Below, piece after piece: positions 52,543-64,000 of a DNA stretch of 64,000 bases (its first letter is position 1; each line of letters opens with the position of its first letter). The notes under the pieces were generated by a model, which had not been told where the DNA came from, did no database searches, and saw only the letters and a program-made list of their open reading frames with translations. The position numbers were made by a program, and so were the translations under genes. The stretch comes from Octopus sinensis (lineage: Eukaryota), in contig NC_043003.1 in the NCBI RefSeq assembly GCF_006345805.1, positions 33,604,001-33,668,000 on the forward strand. Direction: 5' to 3'.

Positions 52543-53715
52543 GTAACTTTCGGAAACATGGATAATTTAAAAAAAAAATTTTTTACATATACGTCTCAGA
52601 TGGTCTAGATAACGATTATATGGGAATTTGTTGTGTAAAGCATATTTCTCTCTTTTTCATATGAACTCAAAGGTAGTCAGTCCCCAACGTGGCTGTTTAT
52701 TATGCTAGAAATGGCAGTTATTAGGTATAAAAAACAGTCACCATTCTGATCTAATACACCGCAAAGGGGAAAAATGTCCTTTGCAGTATACAAAGAGCCG
52801 AGATTAGTTGATAGCACACGAAAGAAAAAATAAGGAAAAAAAATAACACCGCGGTGAGTGGGGATTTCGAGGGCCCACCCCGCCTCCAATTTCGGTAGAA
52901 ATAAGTCATTTACGGTAAATTTAGGAGATGAGATTCATTGATAGCACAAGAAAAAGAAAAAAAGAGGAAGAAATATTATTTCTCACCGAAAAGTTGGCTA
53001 TTAAATTATAAATCTAAACTACATCTAAAGTAAGTCTTTTAAAAAATATTCTGGCAAAAATTGGAAAGAAACTTAACAAAATCCCAAAGAAACTTTTATT
53101 TGTTGCATGTTGTTACGCTAAAAAAGATATACATAGAATGCAAATTAATAATAATTATTTATTAGAATTTTTCGGAAGCTGGTTATATACTTACTGATTC
53201 TGTTTTTTTTTCTTTCTATAAGCTCTGTTGTAAGACAAAGTCCTATCTGTGCAGCACGAACTTTGTTTCTTAGTTATATGTTTCTGGATTAAGCAACAGT
53301 GTGTGACACCAAATGTCTCCTGTGTGCTTGTGTGTGTATGGTTGTGCTTGTCCAAATCTTGAATAGGCGCCATTGCAATAGAGATTTTCTCTTTTGTACA
53401 AGAGACAAAACTTTTTATCTCACCTCCCCCAGCTTTCTCTCTTCCACTATACATACACACATATACACGCACACGCTTATGTGTATGTATACAAAATAAA
53501 AATACATATACATACGATCATAAACATATATACAAAATCCTCAACCAAACCACTATCCGAAATAATTGAACTTTTAACCTTTAACCATTGTAGCCAAAAT
53601 ACTGAGAACTGAATTCTATTACACATACACAGTCATTAGCCTTTTGCTTTTGTCATAAAACTTTTTTTTCCTTTCTTTAATACATGCCTATATACATGCA
53701 TGCATACATATATAC

Positions 53716-53753
<38 letters not shown>

Positions 53754-53755
53754 TA

Positions 53756-53803
<48 letters not shown>

Positions 53804-53965
53804 TATATATATTATATACAGAATACACTTTATTGGAATAAAAATTTTCTCCCTAAATTAAACATATACAAACACACACACACACACGCACACACACACA
53901 TACACAGATACAGACACAGACACACACACACACACACACACGTACACACACACACACACACACAT

Positions 53966-54005
<40 letters not shown>

Positions 54006-54007
54006 TA

Positions 54008-54294
54008 TTGTGTCTGGGGAGAGTCATTTTCTTATTGTGCCTTATTATTTAACACACTCACTCCTTTCTTACTTTTATTTTACTAAAATGTTCGTTATGT
54101 CTTGCAACCTTTTCTTGAAAAGGTTGCCAGACGAAACGAATATTTTAGGAAAATAAAAATAAGAAATAAGCGGAAATTTTAACGGTGAGTATGTTAAATT
54201 ATAAGGCACAATCAGAAAATGACTCTCTCCAGACACAACAGAATATGCTTTAACGCACGAACTCACAAAAAGAATCTTGCAAACCAAATCCCAA

Positions 54295-54300
<6 letters not shown>
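54008..54300. repeat. Asymmetric fold-back element: imperfect palindrome 54008-54238 (loop tt at 54115-54116) plus unpaired tail, in (TA)n
   Basis: ttgtgtctggggagagtcattttc..gcaaccttttc-tt-gaaaaggttgc..gaaaatgactctctccagacacaa. Confidence 0.85.
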
Positions 54301-54330
<30 letters not shown>

Positions 54331-54559
54331 CACTTTATTGAAATAAAGAAGTTTCCCGAAAACTAAACATATTTATGGTCAGTGGCACACGCACACACAC
54401 ACACATATATATATATATATAGAAGTTACCCATATACATACTCTCACAGACACACAAATATTTTACCCAAACATCCCATAAACACTTACTCTCCAGTAGT
54501 TTTCTGTAGTTAACTAAAAGCTAATCCCACCGACGGCATTGCCCTGTCGATACAGGGTT

Positions 54560-54755
54560 GAAATGTGTAGCCGTATTTCGTCAGCCGCTACGTTCTGAGT
54601 TCAAATTCCGCCGAGGTCGACTTTGCCTTTCATCCTTTCGAGGTCGATTAAATAAGTACCAGTTACGCACTGGGGTCGATGTAATTGACTTAATCCCTTT
54701 GTCTGTCCTTGTTTGTCCCCTCTATGTTTAGCCCCCTGTGGGCAATAAAGAAATA
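54560..54755 (+). mobile_element. 5'-truncated SINE family A
   Basis: Perfect 11-bp TSD gatacagggtt (54549-54559 / 54756-54766). Confidence 0.9.
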
Positions 54756-55085
54756 GATACAGGGTTATGCAATTCTCATGACATTTGAGAGAACAAGCAT
54801 CCAATTTTGGTACTTTCTTGAACGAGGACGTTCAAGGAAAATCCGCAGTGGGGAGCAGTCTCCGCAAGCGTCAGTGCATCGGATATTACGAATTAAGTAG
54901 GAATAATATTGCTGGAACTGCCCCCGCCTTTAGCAGCAAGGGCAGCATGAAGGGCAGCAATAACAGTAGCAGTAGCAACCGTAGCACTAGCTAGTTTAGT
55001 AGTAGTAGTAGTAGAAGGAGGAGGGGGAGGAGGAGACTTGTAGTAAAAGAAAGCTTCTAGCTATAGTAACTTATAGCAGAAGAAG

Positions 55086-55470
55086 TGGAGGCGCAATGGC
55101 CCAGTGATTAGGGCAGCGGACTCGCGGTCATAGGATCGCGGTTTCGATTCCCAGACCGGGCGTTTGAGTGTTTATTGAGCGAAAACACCTAAAGCTCCAC
55201 AAGGCTCCAGCAGGGGATGGTGGTGATCCCTGCTGTACTCTTTCACCACAACTTTCTCTCAATCTTACTTCCTGTTTCTGTTGTACCTGTATTTCAAAGG
55301 GCCGGCCTTGTCACTCTCTGTGTCACGCTGAATATCCCCGAGAACTACGTTAAGGGTACACGTGTCTGTGGAGTGCTCAGCCACTTACACGTTAATTTCA
55401 CGAGCAGGCTGTTCCGTTGATTCGGATCAACCGGAACTCTCGTCGTCGTAACTGACGGAGTGCTTCCTCC
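55086..55470 (+). mobile_element. tRNA-derived SINE family C (tRNA-Ala/Arg-like head, RTE-like tail)
   Basis: Head ggaggcgcaatggcccagtgattagggcagcggactcgcggtcataggatcgcggtttcgattccc; TSD tatagcagaagaag / tatagcagaaaaag; tail shared with 6339-6665. Confidence 0.88.
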
Positions 55471-56055
55471 TATAGCAGAAAAAGCTTCTAGCTGTCACAC
55501 TTGTCTTTTGTTTCTATTTTCGGTTCCTCCGATGAATAGTGAATTTACACATGCATTGCCATAATATGCCCCCACACATTCTAAGACAATATGTGACGAT
55601 TTAAGTCTCATACATCGCATAGATGGGCCAAAATCAGTTCCTGTAACTTGAGTAGCGTTCTGGTACAACTTACCACTGTTGTCAACAAACCTCAGTTCAG
55701 ACATAACCGGTACAGCAATGATTAAATGTTGTTTATCAGTGAGCGTTCGATCTTCACTTATGGCGCATTGGAAAACGATACAGTGTGATTTAAGAAAATG
55801 TACTCTCTCTTTTACTCTTTTACTTGTTTCAGTCATTTGACTGCGGCCATGCTGGAGCACCGCCTTTAGTGGAGCAAATCGACCCCGGGACTTATTCTTT
55901 GTCAGCCCAGTACTTATTCTATCGGTCTCTTTTGCCGAACCGCTAAGTTACGGGGGCGTAAACACACCAGCATCGGTTGTCAAGCAATGCTAGGGGGACA
56001 AACACACACACACAAACACACACACATACACATATATACATATATATATAGATAT

Positions 56056-57400
56056 ATAACTTAGGATAACTTAGAAAGGTTTTGGCCAGTATTGGCCCAG
56101 GCCATGTCTAACTTAATAGCACCACCTGGCGAAGTCTTTCAGTTCAGGATTTGGGCACCAAGGCCCATTCGAGCAGAGAGTTATTGTTTGCGGAGACATA
56201 TCCGGGTGTGGGTGGTTTGTCCGGTACTGTTTGAAGGAATTTGTCCAAAGACTTCTTGAATTTTTTGTGGTCAGTTTCTTTTTTGACGTGCCCTGGTGTA
56301 ATGTTGAAGAGAGCAGGTCCAATTGAGGTGAAATAGTTGTGCCGTATTGTCGTTATGTGATGCGATTTAGATTTTTGTTGTGGACGGATGGCACGTGGTC
56401 CTAGCCTTGGAAGCATTTTGAAGGTGATGCCAACATCATTCGGACAGTGCTGGTGGAATATTTTCCACATCATACAGATAATGTAGCGTTCACGGCGTCG
56501 TTGGAGTGAATACAATTTCAGCTTCTCTAGTCTACCCCAGTAGTCAAGGTCTGACATGCCATCTATCTTTTTTGTGATTGACCTTTGGGGAGCTTCAATT
56601 CTCATAGTATTTTGTTTTGTGTAGGGAGACCACAGTGGACAGCAGTATTCAAGGTGGGGTCGGGCAAAAGTGGAGAACAGAAGGATAATAGCGTGGGAAT
56701 CTCTTGACTGGAAGGTTCTGAGAATCCAGGAACACATTCTGCGGGCCATGTCAACTTTGCTGCTTATATGTGTAGCCCAGCTTATGTTGTTGTCCACTGT
56801 TACTCCCAGGTCTCTGATGTTGTTGGATGCCATGAGAATTTCTCCAGAAGGAAGAGAGTATGGGAGTTTCAGAGTGTCCTCTCTTCCAAAGTGGATCAGT
56901 TCAAATTTGTCTTCATTTAGCAACATGTTATTCTTTTCCGCCCATTGGACAACAGCCAGTAGGTCTGACTGAAGGTTTATTCGGTCATCCACGCCATTGA
57001 TGACCTTCTGGAGCTTGGAATTATCAGCGAAGGTTCTGATGTTACTGTGTTTGATGGTGTCAGTAATATCATTTATGTAGATGATGAAGAGAAGTGGGCC
57101 CAACACAGTGCCTTGTGGGACACCACTGCTGACTTTGGCTGGGCTGGATTTGACTCCTTCGATTACAACATGTTGGGTTCTGTTAGACAGGAAGCACTTG
57201 ATCCACTGCAGCAGCTTTCCAGTGACACCAATATTGGACAGCTTTCTCAGAAGGATCTTATGATCTTATGATCAACCCTGTCAAAAGCCTTGCTGAAATC
57301 AAGGTAGATGACATCAGTGTTGGAACCTTCTCCCAAGGCTCTCAAAATGTCATCAAAATGATGCAGTATGTCATCAAAATGATGCAGTATATCATCAAAA
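56056..57400 (-). mobile_element. 5'-truncated CR1-group LINE (RT and C-terminus, 3' UTR, short tandem tail)
   Basis: YLDFSKAFDRVDH / GVPQGTVLGPLLFIIYIND / FADN / RPHLEYCCPLWSP. 3' UTR hairpin ggcca-atac-tggcc and tail (ctaagttat)x2 on the minus strand. Confidence 0.93.
56144..57368 (-). pseudogene. Reverse transcriptase pseudogene of the CR1-group LINE (includes ORF 56144-57106)
   Basis: Open frame from ~57260 to the stop at 56144. An 8-bp tandem duplication gatcttat (57254-57269) shifts the upstream frame. Catalytic (F/Y)ADD reads FADN; no endonuclease domain. Confidence 0.9.
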
Positions 57401-57709
57401 TACGACAGGCTTCTTTCAGTTTCCGTCTACCAAATCCACTCACAAGGCATTGGTCGGCCCTGAGCTATAGCAGAAGACACTTGTCCAAGATGCCACGCAG
57501 TGGGACTGAACCCGGAACCATGTGGTTGGTTAGCAAGCTACTTACCACACAGCCACTACTGCGCCTATATGGCGGCTATTTCTCGTACATCGAATGACCA
57601 TTTACAGCTCTCTTGTTTAGTGTAGGTGGTAAAACATATGTAAGTGAAGACGAAATGTTTGGGTTCCATTTGTAATACTAGCGATGTTTCTTCACCATGT
57701 TTCTTCTAT

Positions 57710-57844
<135 letters not shown>

Positions 57845-58418
57845 ACTAACTAACTAACTAACTATCTATTTATCTTCCTATCTGTCTGCCAATCTGTCTG
57901 CCTATCTATCTATCTATCTATCTATCTATCACTCCATCTCTCTCTCTCTATATATATATATTTATTATGTAAACGCACACAGACACACACACACACACAC
58001 ACACACTCATATACATACATATATATGTATGCATTTATGTATTTTTACATGTATGCTTGAGTGTATGTATGCTTGTATTTGAGATGGGAACGGCTAAATA
58101 ATGACAAAGATGCAGATGAAGGAGCAGGGGAATAGATAGATAGATAGACAGATAGAGATTAAGAGAGAGAGAGAGAGAGTGACTGAAATATAAACTCATA
58201 TGGCATATGCGTGTGTGCATGCGTGTACACACATATGCACACACACACATATATGTATACACTCATGCACAGACAGTCACACACACATTGACACAAACGT
58301 ACACACATACACAGCTTCACACGCGAGCACACAAACATGGTAATACACGTATATATAAATTTGCGTAAAGTCCTACATGTTAGATTATAAGTTGATATGT
58401 GCATGCATATATATATAT

Positions 58419-58519
<101 letters not shown>

Positions 58520-60949
58520 GTATGTATATTCATGCCTGCGTATTCCTGTGTATTGTCGTTTGAATGCACATGAATGTGTACTTCTTTATTTAAAACCATT
58601 TAGCGTTTCTACCAGCACAAAATCCGATAAATTTACCGAGATCTTTATTTCTTCTACCTATCGTCCCACGTGGTTTTTATACAGTTTTGCGACTGACAAC
58701 CAATTAATTCAGTCTGTCTGCCTATCAAACACTTCAAGTGAGGCGAAATCACTGACAAAGAATATACGAGATATTCGCTAATGACTGAAACAATTTGGTG
58801 GTTGTGGAGGAAATGATAATCATTTAAGTAAGTTTCATAGGATTTAAATTGGTCTTTGTAGAAATGCAAAAGCCGAGAGCATAAGGTGTCAAGCATTTGA
58901 CTCACGGGTCACAAGTTCGTATAACTCACGTCACTGCTGAAGATCTGCTGTGTCCTTTGGCAAAGCGCTTAGCTGCACCTGACTTAATCAATCTAACTGG
59001 AAATTAATAGTACTAGAGGGATGAACCTTAGTGAATGACGCTGTATTGACTAGATATTATCTGCCGGTTGCCTGAGTTAATGTGTATTCAAATTCTTTTC
59101 TAGTCGTTTCATTACTTTTGTTTGTTTTTTTCTTTCTAGAATTGTACACGTAATTGTGCATGCTTCACTTCGCTTAAAGTGTGTAAGTGGTGGTTGTGAC
59201 GATATCTTTGGGTAAAACTTTTCAATCTCCAGACAATAAATATTCCCTTATGCAGACTTTCGGCCTGTTAGAAATAGTTACTAAATATCCTTCAATTCAT
59301 ATCCTACTATCTTGAGAATAAATGAAAACAATGGATAATATAGGTCTAGATTAGGAATATTCGAAGGAAAAACTTCAATATCACGGTTGAAAATTATTTG
59401 ACCAGACGCTATATTTTGTAAATGAGACATTCTACTGACCTAGATATAAATGGACAAGCGAAAGTTTCTTTTGTATATTTAGCTAATTTAGAAACTAAGA
59501 TATAATAGGGATTCTGTGGAATTTTGTGCTACAAGTTTTAGATATATATGAATTTGATTCGATAAAAGCAGAAAGACATTTCCCATTAGATGAAACCGAA
59601 AATCAAAGATGATTGTCAAAGCAGAGAATAATAAATTAAAAGAAAAAAATGAAATTTTTTAAAAGAAACTTGAAAAACTGCTTAACATTTCTGACATTTT
59701 TGGTGATGGAGATGTCTGAGGCTATTAAGTGTAAAATTTAATGTATTAGAGAATTTAATTTTATCTGTCGAGTTTCTAAATTGAAAACCACTAGGTCTAT
59801 TTTTGCTGTTCATTTATTTTCAGTGGATGCTAAGATGACTAATAAAATATTAGATTCTAAGTATGGAATGCATCAAACTTGATAAATGAATCAAAGTTGA
59901 AGTATTTGGATGCACCTTTCACTATTTTGTCTAACACTCTCCTTTGCCATGTATATAGATGTAAAGTGTAACTACAATACATATATATGTGAAAGGCTTC
60001 ATTCAAAAGATATTACGACAAGCCAATATTTAGCTTATGAAAGAGAGAAATTCATAATGTAAAACATCTTGACGAAAGTAGTGCTGAAACGTAATATTCA
60101 GTCTTCTTTAACAGCAATGAACTATTAAATCGTAAATGTAGCAAAATAATTTACAGTACTGGTATAACTCATTTCGGGAATAGAATCCGATGCTCAAATA
60201 ACAAATTAAAACTTTCAGGTCTTTGATATTTATCTTTGTCCATAAGTAGGAGCGTTGCACATGGCAGATCACAATGAAATAATATCAATACTTCAATACA
60301 TTTCTTACTCAGTTAGACTTCTTATTTCAAATAATAATGTAAGTACTCACCAATTACAGCAAAATATTTGTCAGTAGTAGGATACAAGAAATCACTTATA
60401 GAAAAAGTACAAGAGTAAAACAGGAATAGCGTCCATCTTGTGATATTGTTGCAGATAGCGTTATATCTATAACACCAATCTCAACAGGAAATAGGCTTGT
60501 ATATAACGATGTACGTATTGTTTTGTATCCATGTCAATATTTTAAGCAGTGATAGCCGCTTTAAAAATGAATGGAAGAAGTGGTATACTTCATTATCACT
60601 AAAAAGCATCACACATTTTCTGCGATAAGCTAACTGCCCAATGATATTTTCCTGTTTCTTTTCCAAAGGTGTTACTTTAAGCCAAAGAAGAAGGAGGACA
60701 ATATGAAGATCGTGTGTTATTTTATGTTCTTCAACGCAAAAACCAAGGAAATTGATACAATTGATACTTCTTTACATTAAAAATGCATTTTCTTCTTACT
60801 ACTAGCTCAAGTTGATATCTATTATACGTGATAGAAATAGGTTTATTTATTTTTTTGGTGAAGACCTTGAATAGGGTTGTCACATACAATAATGCCATTT
60901 TAGTAGCCGCAGATAGATATAATGTTATTCGGCGAGATTATTTGAGTCA

Positions 60950-61300
60950 GCAAATATGCCACAACATTTGCGATAACAATTGAAAGTCATATACACTAAT
61001 ATAATTGATGTATCGCTTGATAAAAAAAAGCGGATGCAAAGCAATATTATCCAAGGAAGGCAGAATGCTTTAGTTATTGAATCAGTCAGAGGCAGCGCTG
61101 TGCTAACATGAACCCAGCATAACTCCAGCTTGACAGGGATATTCGTAGTTGAACACTCAATATACTGAAAAGTTAGTTGACATTTGCAATCGTTGATCGG
61201 TTGAAATACTGAAATAGCGTTTGTTATCTTAGCTTTCTTGCGTGACATTTATCTTTTAAGGCCCTTCACCACAGTTAAGCTTTCCTGGCCCGAAAATTCT
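60950..61300 (-). pseudogene. Possible very old pogo/Tigger (DDE_1) transposase fragment
   Basis: RKKAKITNAI (cf. NKKAWMT..IF) followed by ILPSLDNIALHP..SDTSIILVYMTFN (cf. LLLLDNAPAHP..IKLVFLPPN). Confidence 0.35.
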
Positions 61301-62016
61301 GCCTGTCACTGTGCTTCACTAATTTAATGATAAATGTAGAGATTGTAACTCCAAGGTTTCTGTAGACGGCTGCAAATTCATAAGTCATGTGACACAGCAA
61401 ATCGACATCCAGCTTAATTAAGAGTGATAACTTTCCTGTGTAGGATATTTTGGTTATTAAAGGAATTTAGAAACAAAAGGCATACGATTAAGAAAACTAT
61501 CATAAAAGAAATAAAAGTAGAATATTAAGTAACCTTCAGTAAAGTTTCTTCTGATCAAAATAGAGGACAGCCCTTGTATGTCGTATGCGAACAATATTTT
61601 TAAAAGCAGAGACAGTATATTTGTTACCCTTCAAATTAGCATTCACTTGTGTTTCATATAATGATTCATACAGAACAAAGATTACATCAACAACCTCTAT
61701 ATTGCATGAATCATCGCTTTCTTCTTACGACGTCTCTTACATACAAACAGATATTATTGACAATGTTGATTTCCATAAGAGATATTTAACCTTTTCTCCG
61801 CCCTTTCTTCACTAAATCTATCGTAACATAGCTCTCAGCTACTAAAATTAAGAAGTTTAATACAGTTATACCCAAAACCCACCAGCTTGTAGTCTAAGCA
61901 ACTTCTGACGTATATTCATTTAGACCTTGATATTGTTTCTTCGACTTGTACCACAGCATACAATGTACACACCAAGATGTAGCTCAAAAACCAAATAATT
62001 ATATAATTATAGAAGT

Positions 62017-62089
62017 GGGTATAATTACAAAAAAATAAAATAATAAAACACTTTGGGTATAATTACAAAAAATAAAATAATAAAAACAG
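62017..62089. repeat. Short tandem duplication (~35-38 bp x2)
   Basis: gggtataattacaaaaaa(a)taaaataataaaa(a)ca occurs twice. Confidence 0.85.
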
Positions 62090-62179
62090 AGCATCTAGTC
62101 AAGATTATGAGAATGATTGTTTTATTTAAAGAGATAATAAATTTTTGAAATTATACACTTGTATTGAGTAAAATTTCTG

Positions 62180-62951
62180 TCAGGTTATTAAGAATGAAAC
62201 GTCCGATTTTGAACTGAAAGTTTATTTTAACTTATCTCAAGAAAAAGCAATGCAGTTAATCAAAGTATGCATCTAAATTATCAAAACAATTTTGTCATTT
62301 TATCAGTAGTTTATTTATGCCGGCCGCGTTGAATTGTGGAGAGCAGGAGGTGATGAAATCACGAAAGCCTGTTTTATGCATCTTCTTCAAATTTGAAGTT
62401 TTTCGTTGTAAAAAGTTGTCTAATGCCTAGAAAACGAGATAGACAGTTGATGCAACGTTTGTACAGCTTCTTTACCTTGCTGATTTGTTTCAGATGGTCC
62501 AATACAGTCGGAAACGAAACATTAAACTCATGCGTAGCTTGAGATGTAACCGCTTCCGCTCCAGTCAGTTTCCAGCTCATCACTATCCACCTTGGTCTCA
62601 AGTCTACTCCGAGGCTGTTTTCAAGAATAAAGTCACCAGACCGGAACTTCTCAAACCATTGACATACAATGCGCTCATTCTCCACATCTTCACCAAACAC
62701 CCCATTGATGTTTCGAGCTATCTAGGATGCATTGGTTCCACGGCGGAACTCATATTCATAAACAACACGAATTTTTTTATCTATCCATGGGTTCAAGAAA
62801 ATTGATTTACAGACACCAGGAATTGCATTTCAAAAAATTATTTAACTCTTCAATGTTGTAAAACAAAGAATTGCCAAGATAAAATATTAGAGTTAACGAC
62901 TGTAAAACTTGGTGCATAAGAAAATCGGACATTTCATTCTTAATGACCTGA
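62180..62951 (-). mobile_element. Internally deleted mariner element
   Basis: 31-bp TIRs tcaggttattaagaatgaaacgtccgatttt / aaaatcggacatttcattcttaatgacctga (2 mismatches), TA on the right. Peptides YEYEFRRGTNAS*IARNIN and VFGEDVENERIVCQWFEKFRSGDFILEN (mariner HTH). Confidence 0.88.
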
Positions 62952-64000
62952 TACAAATGATGTGTCTCGAAAACCCGTCTAGCTCATAATGCATAAGATT
63001 ATTAACTCCTTACACGGAAAAATGAGGAAAGTATATGAACAACTAGAACCACTATACAATCCATAACGCTAAAGTATCTTCCGGCTATTTTCTATCCAAA
63101 TTAGTCAGCTAGTCTTAAAAGCGAAAAGTCAAGTTTGACTACACTTAGGACGTAAGCGGAGAATCATCAATAAATAGGCAGATAAATCTTTTTGTAATGT
63201 ATGTATCTCAAATTCAAATCCAGCAATAAATAGAAATCATAGTACATAGTGCTAAAAATTCATTTTGAAAGGTAACATAACCAACACTAATCGTTAGAAT
63301 ACATTGAGATACCTTCTGCCTTTTGTTCCAATATGAGGAATTTTTATACATTATGCAGCGTTTAAATAAGATATGGTTGCGGATTTCCCGATGATTCTAT
63401 TGTTATGTCCTAAATGCAAACAAACATACGATCCATATATTTGGATGTATTCCTCCCTCACTGTGATAATGTCTTAAGGATAAATTCCCACAAACCAGAA
63501 AAACAAACATTCACTTATGACTCAGAGAGTAATCACAAGAAGATTACGGCAATGTGTTGTACCGCTGGGTTTATGTCGGTGAATGCCATTAGCACCACGT
63601 AACGTTCTGAGAAGATGGGAGATGGAGAAGTAGAGATGGAGAAGAGGTGAAGCAAAAAAAAAATAAATAAATAAAATTCGGCCAAGATAATGATAAGATG
63701 TTTTTTTTTTTGTTTTGTTTTTGTTTTTTCAACAGATCCATACTTTATGTCGTTACTGCTCTGTAAGCTGGCTCGGGAGCAACAGATATTGTTGCTACGA
63801 AAATTTTAATTAATTAAGATTTTGCGAACAGAATGCAGTATATCTCACATTAAATAATTTATCCAGATTTATTGTATTGATCCGTTCATTTGTCTTAGCG
63901 CATTCTACTTCTAAATAACACAAATTAAAATCACCAAAAGTGATTAAAATAGCTTTTAATGTATGTAAAATTCTTTGTCAAAAGATTAGGCAGTCTTGGC

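Larger units (their letters stand above)
55801..57567 (-). mobile_element. SINE family B split by a LINE insertion (halves 55801-56055 and 57401-57567)
   Basis: The two halves join exactly at the internal (TA)n to reconstitute the family B sequence. Confidence 0.88.

Noticed and set aside
55086-55160. tRNA genes (also 6590-6665, 12696-12770, 15803-15845, 36965-37040)
   Set aside because: A/B boxes are present, but acceptor stems do not close and each continues into SINE body or simple-repeat sequence.
56144-57106. 320-aa ORF as a functional gene
   Set aside because: It is the tail of a 5'-truncated LINE ORF2. The start is an internal TTG, the catalytic motif reads FADN, and there is an upstream frameshift.

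Overview
AT-rich, microsatellite-saturated eukaryotic DNA, intergenic or intronic. The repeat families look like those of an Octopus genome, which is an inference from SINE and repeat style. I found no intact host protein-coding gene, and almost all listed ORFs are translations of (TA)n/(CA)n/(TATC)n/(AAT)n. The window is a transposon graveyard. It holds several tRNA-derived SINE families (many with target-site duplications, TSDs) and a young 5'-truncated CR1-group LINE nested inside a SINE. It also holds decayed CR1-group, RTE and R4/Dong-like LINEs, two mariner relics, hAT-Charlie derivatives, and a decayed Penelope-like (PLE) reverse transcriptase. A 100-N gap is flanked by a ~1 kb probable false duplication. 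The most notable signal is a set of different repeat families, mostly sitting in (TA)n tracts and arranged as partial tandem and/or fold-back repeats, that each carry a type I hammerhead ribozyme (HHR) or HHR-like fold with a palindromic stem III. The best examples are at 25817-25879(+), 42279-42338(-), 42901-43003(-) and 43386-43493(-). In several of them the fold-back breakpoint lies inside the ribozyme. All calls were made by eye; no searches or folding programs were run.
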